Source: the human T2T-CHM13v2.0 reference genome, Homo sapiens. Taken from it: a stretch of DNA of 64,000 nt. Shown here one piece after another: positions 61,016 through 64,000 of the stretch (positions are counted from its first letter, which is position 1; each line of letters starts with the position of its first letter). The notes under the pieces are model-generated. The model was given only the letters and a program-made list of their open reading frames with translations. It was not told the origin of the DNA and did not search any database. The DNA lies in assembly GCF_009914755.1 (NCBI RefSeq), contig NC_060926.1; one strand, given 5' to 3'. A program made the translations under genes and the position numbers.

Positions 61016-64000
61016 CTAGAGTGTTGAAGAAATTCCTCTAATAGGACAGAAATGGAGTCAATCTTGCAATATCTGGCCAATCGTGTTCTGGCCAGTCTTG
61101 CTTTATCTCAGAATGTTACATTTCCAGAAACTTCTACAGTTATTCCTGAAAACTACAAGCAAGAAAGGGAAGGAGACTGGGATCATTCAAGGCAAAATGG
61201 AACCTGTTCTGCAAATACTGTAGTGAAATCATAACTCAGTAATCGTTTTGTGACTGGCTTATTTCACTTAGTGTAATGTCCTCTAGTTTCATCCAAGTTG
61301 TAGCATGTGTCAGAATTTCCCTTTTTAAAGCTAATTTTGCCTTTTTAAAGCTACAATATGCTACTGTATGTATATACCACATTTGGATTACCAGTTCCCT
61401 CCTTTGTGAACATTTGAGTTGCTTCTACCTTTTGGCTATTGTGAATAATTCGGTTCTGAATGTGGATATACAAATATATCCTCAAGTTAATGTCTTCAGT
61501 TACTTGGGTATATGTCCAAAAGTGGAATTGCTGAATTATATAGTATTTCTATTTTTAATTCTTCGAGGAATTGCCATCTGGTTTCCCACAGCAGGTGGGC
61601 CATTTACATCACCACGACAGTGTCCACAGGAGTTCCAGTTCCCTAAGTTCTCACCAAGACTGGTCATTTTCTGTTGGAAAAAAAATCCTAATAGGTGTGA
61701 GGTGGGTTTTGTTTTTATTTTTCTAAGGATTAATAATGTTGACCATGTTTTCCTATGCTAGTTTTCTAATTATCTCTATAGAATCTTCTTTAGAGAAATG
61801 TCGATTCATGTACTTTCCTCATTTTTAATCAGGTATTTTATTTTAAGGTTCACATATAAGACTTATTTTTGTATAGTAGATATTATTAACCCCTTATCAA
61901 ATATAAGATTTACAAATGTTTTCTTCTATTCCACATGTTGCATTTTCACTGTGTTGATTATGTCTTTTGATGCCCATTTTACATTTTTATGAAGTCCAAT
62001 TTATCTTCTTTTCTACTTTTGCCTGTATTTTGGTATTAAAGTTGTTAGTATTTAAATGTCTATAAATACTGACTTACTATGCTGAGAAGGTCACACTGCA
62101 CCATCTCTCTGATGGTGGAGCTAAGAGTTTTACACTCTCCCATTTTGTACCGGGGGACAGTGCAGCTATGTGAGAACCCAGTGGCTTTACCCAGCTTATT
62201 TGTCTTGCATTTTTGGTGACATGGATTGTTATTCACATTGGCTTCCTCTGGCAGGTCCACCTGGAAAGCATTATATTTAGCAAGAAAAAAGGAGGCAGTG
62301 AATGATGTCACTGTGGACTGTGTATATTCCCTGTTGCAAATGTCAAATTCGTGAAGCATAAAGGGATTTACTAGAGGATATTAAATTCCTTGCAAATTGT
62401 TGAAAAGCCTTAAGGAACAGGCTCCAGGCAAAGCCTCTAGAACAATTCCAAGAATGGCACTGCTGGCACAGGCTGGGGAGGAGCTCCTCCTGCCTGAGAC
62501 TCCACAACATTCAAGCTGTCTCCTGCAGAAAAGAGAGCAGCTCTTCTCACTACTGCCCCCAGAAGGACAGCCGCTCTGCTATCAACTACGAGAGATCTGA
62601 CCCCTTTCTCTGACTGCCCATCAGATGTGTTACTACAGAGTGCTTTTGGATTGAGATGAGGGAGGGAAAATGCCTGATCTCACTCAAATGTGCTCATTTT
62701 CCTGGTCTGGGTCTCAGCCAGGCAGCACAGTCCTGTGGGCACAGTATCTTCACTTGCCAGGTTCCTATAAAATGAGAGTATCTTTCTTGACTGTGGAAAA
62801 TATGGGGATGGTAAGGGTCAAGGAATAGGAAAAGGAGTACTTGGAGTTGCCTGAGCTGCCACTCTGGTTTCCCCAAATGTTTTCAATCCATTAAATTCAT
62901 GATAATAAACACCTTTCTGCCTAACCAGCCATAATCGCTTTTCTTAGATCCAAATGATTCTGTGATAAAACTAAAGAGAAAAAATAAATACACTTTTCAA
63001 CGTTTAAGCTGACCAGGAGGCTGTCTCTGGTGTTTACATGTCCATATCCCACTATGCATTTCGTCTTCCCTTTGCCTCACTGGAGATCCAAGTGCAGGGA
63101 ATGCTTCATATGACTGTGATCCCTAGAACTTCATCCTCATGACTGTTGAAATCTTCTCTGAGTTTTACCAGTGGAAATGGCAATAAATAGAAAGATTCCA
63201 GAAGGTCCCCTAGGGTCCATATTTTCTGTACTTCCTCTCTAAAATATGTAAAATCAATTATATTTGCTCTTGCTTTATATGGGCTACATCTGTGTCCCCA
63301 GCACACACCCTAACGCCCTGCGTTGACAACTTATCCAGTATTGTATTAAGTCTAAATAGGCACATGTTTATCATATTATTTCTTCCAATTTAATGAGATA
63401 ATTGTCATGTCAAATCTTTGGATTAAGAACCATCAGCCAGAAAACCACAGCCCTGAGAAAATAGAAATAGAGTATTTCAAGCTGTTCAGTTTGCACAACA
63501 ATGATGATTCTATAGCTCATTTACAAGATATAAATATTCTGTTTATGGGAGTAAGAGCAACATTCACGGTGAGTGTTGTAGACCCTCCGCCACATCTGAC
63601 AGCATAGCAATTCAATAGCACAAGGGTTTGTGTGCCAGCAGTGCTTGACTAATAATGGGTTTTTTTTCTATAGGGAAAGCTGCACCTGTGCACATGACAG
63701 GATCATGAGCTACACTTTACTTCACTTTTTTTGAAGTCAATTACCTTCTTGATCCAAAGCCACAGTATGGAAGAACTTCCTGACTCTGATGAAGGCATTT
63801 GGAAAATCCTCAAATAATATTTTATGCAGTAACATAACCAAAGACAAAGGAAAATTCATATATAGGATAATAACCACTGCTCTCCTCATGTTACATGAAG
63901 TGCACTTGAATCACCTGACATCAGCTGTTAGTATGAGCCCTGATGTGTGGTAGAATGTTAGGGGCTCAGGAAGGGTCAATTTTCTTGGCAAATTAGTGTT
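61016..64000 (+). repeat. Locus-internal duplication, copy 2 (runs off window end)
   Basis: Collinear with 40879-44392 but lacks ~570 bp (42440-43005) at ~62615. Confidence 0.95.

Noticed and set aside
61276-61761. 161-aa ORF
   Set aside because: Antisense L1-derived sequence; the paralogous copy at ~41.1-41.6 kb is broken.

Overview
This is hominoid (almost certainly human) DNA from the J-proximal part of the immunoglobulin kappa (IGK) V cluster; it is not prokaryotic. It holds three recognisable minus-strand Vk genes, each with leader exon, intron, V exon, octamer promoter and 12-bp-spacer RSS. These are IGKV7-3 (pseudogene: ATA start, plus a 1-bp deletion in the second-Cys codon here), IGKV2-4 (pseudogene: GTG start, V exon still open) and functional IGKV1-5 (KAS CDR2, *03-like). 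Beyond IGKV1-5 I read three highly decayed Vk relics that the ORF track only partly shows. One is inverted and head-to-head with IGKV1-5, one has its promoter split by a MaLR LTR, and one has a MER3-like insert in CDR3 but keeps a near-consensus 12-RSS. The rest is mostly transposons: L1s, Alus, two SVAs, Tigger elements, ERV/MaLR LTRs, a TTAA-flanked piggyBac (MER75/PGBD4-type) deletion derivative, and what appears to be a long, ancient CR1/L3-type LINE ORF2 fossil. 40.9-44.4 kb is duplicated at 61.0-64.0 kb. Most listed ORFs are spurious or repeat-derived. I found no convincing new biological system. Gene, allele and repeat names come from recalled sequences, not from a search.
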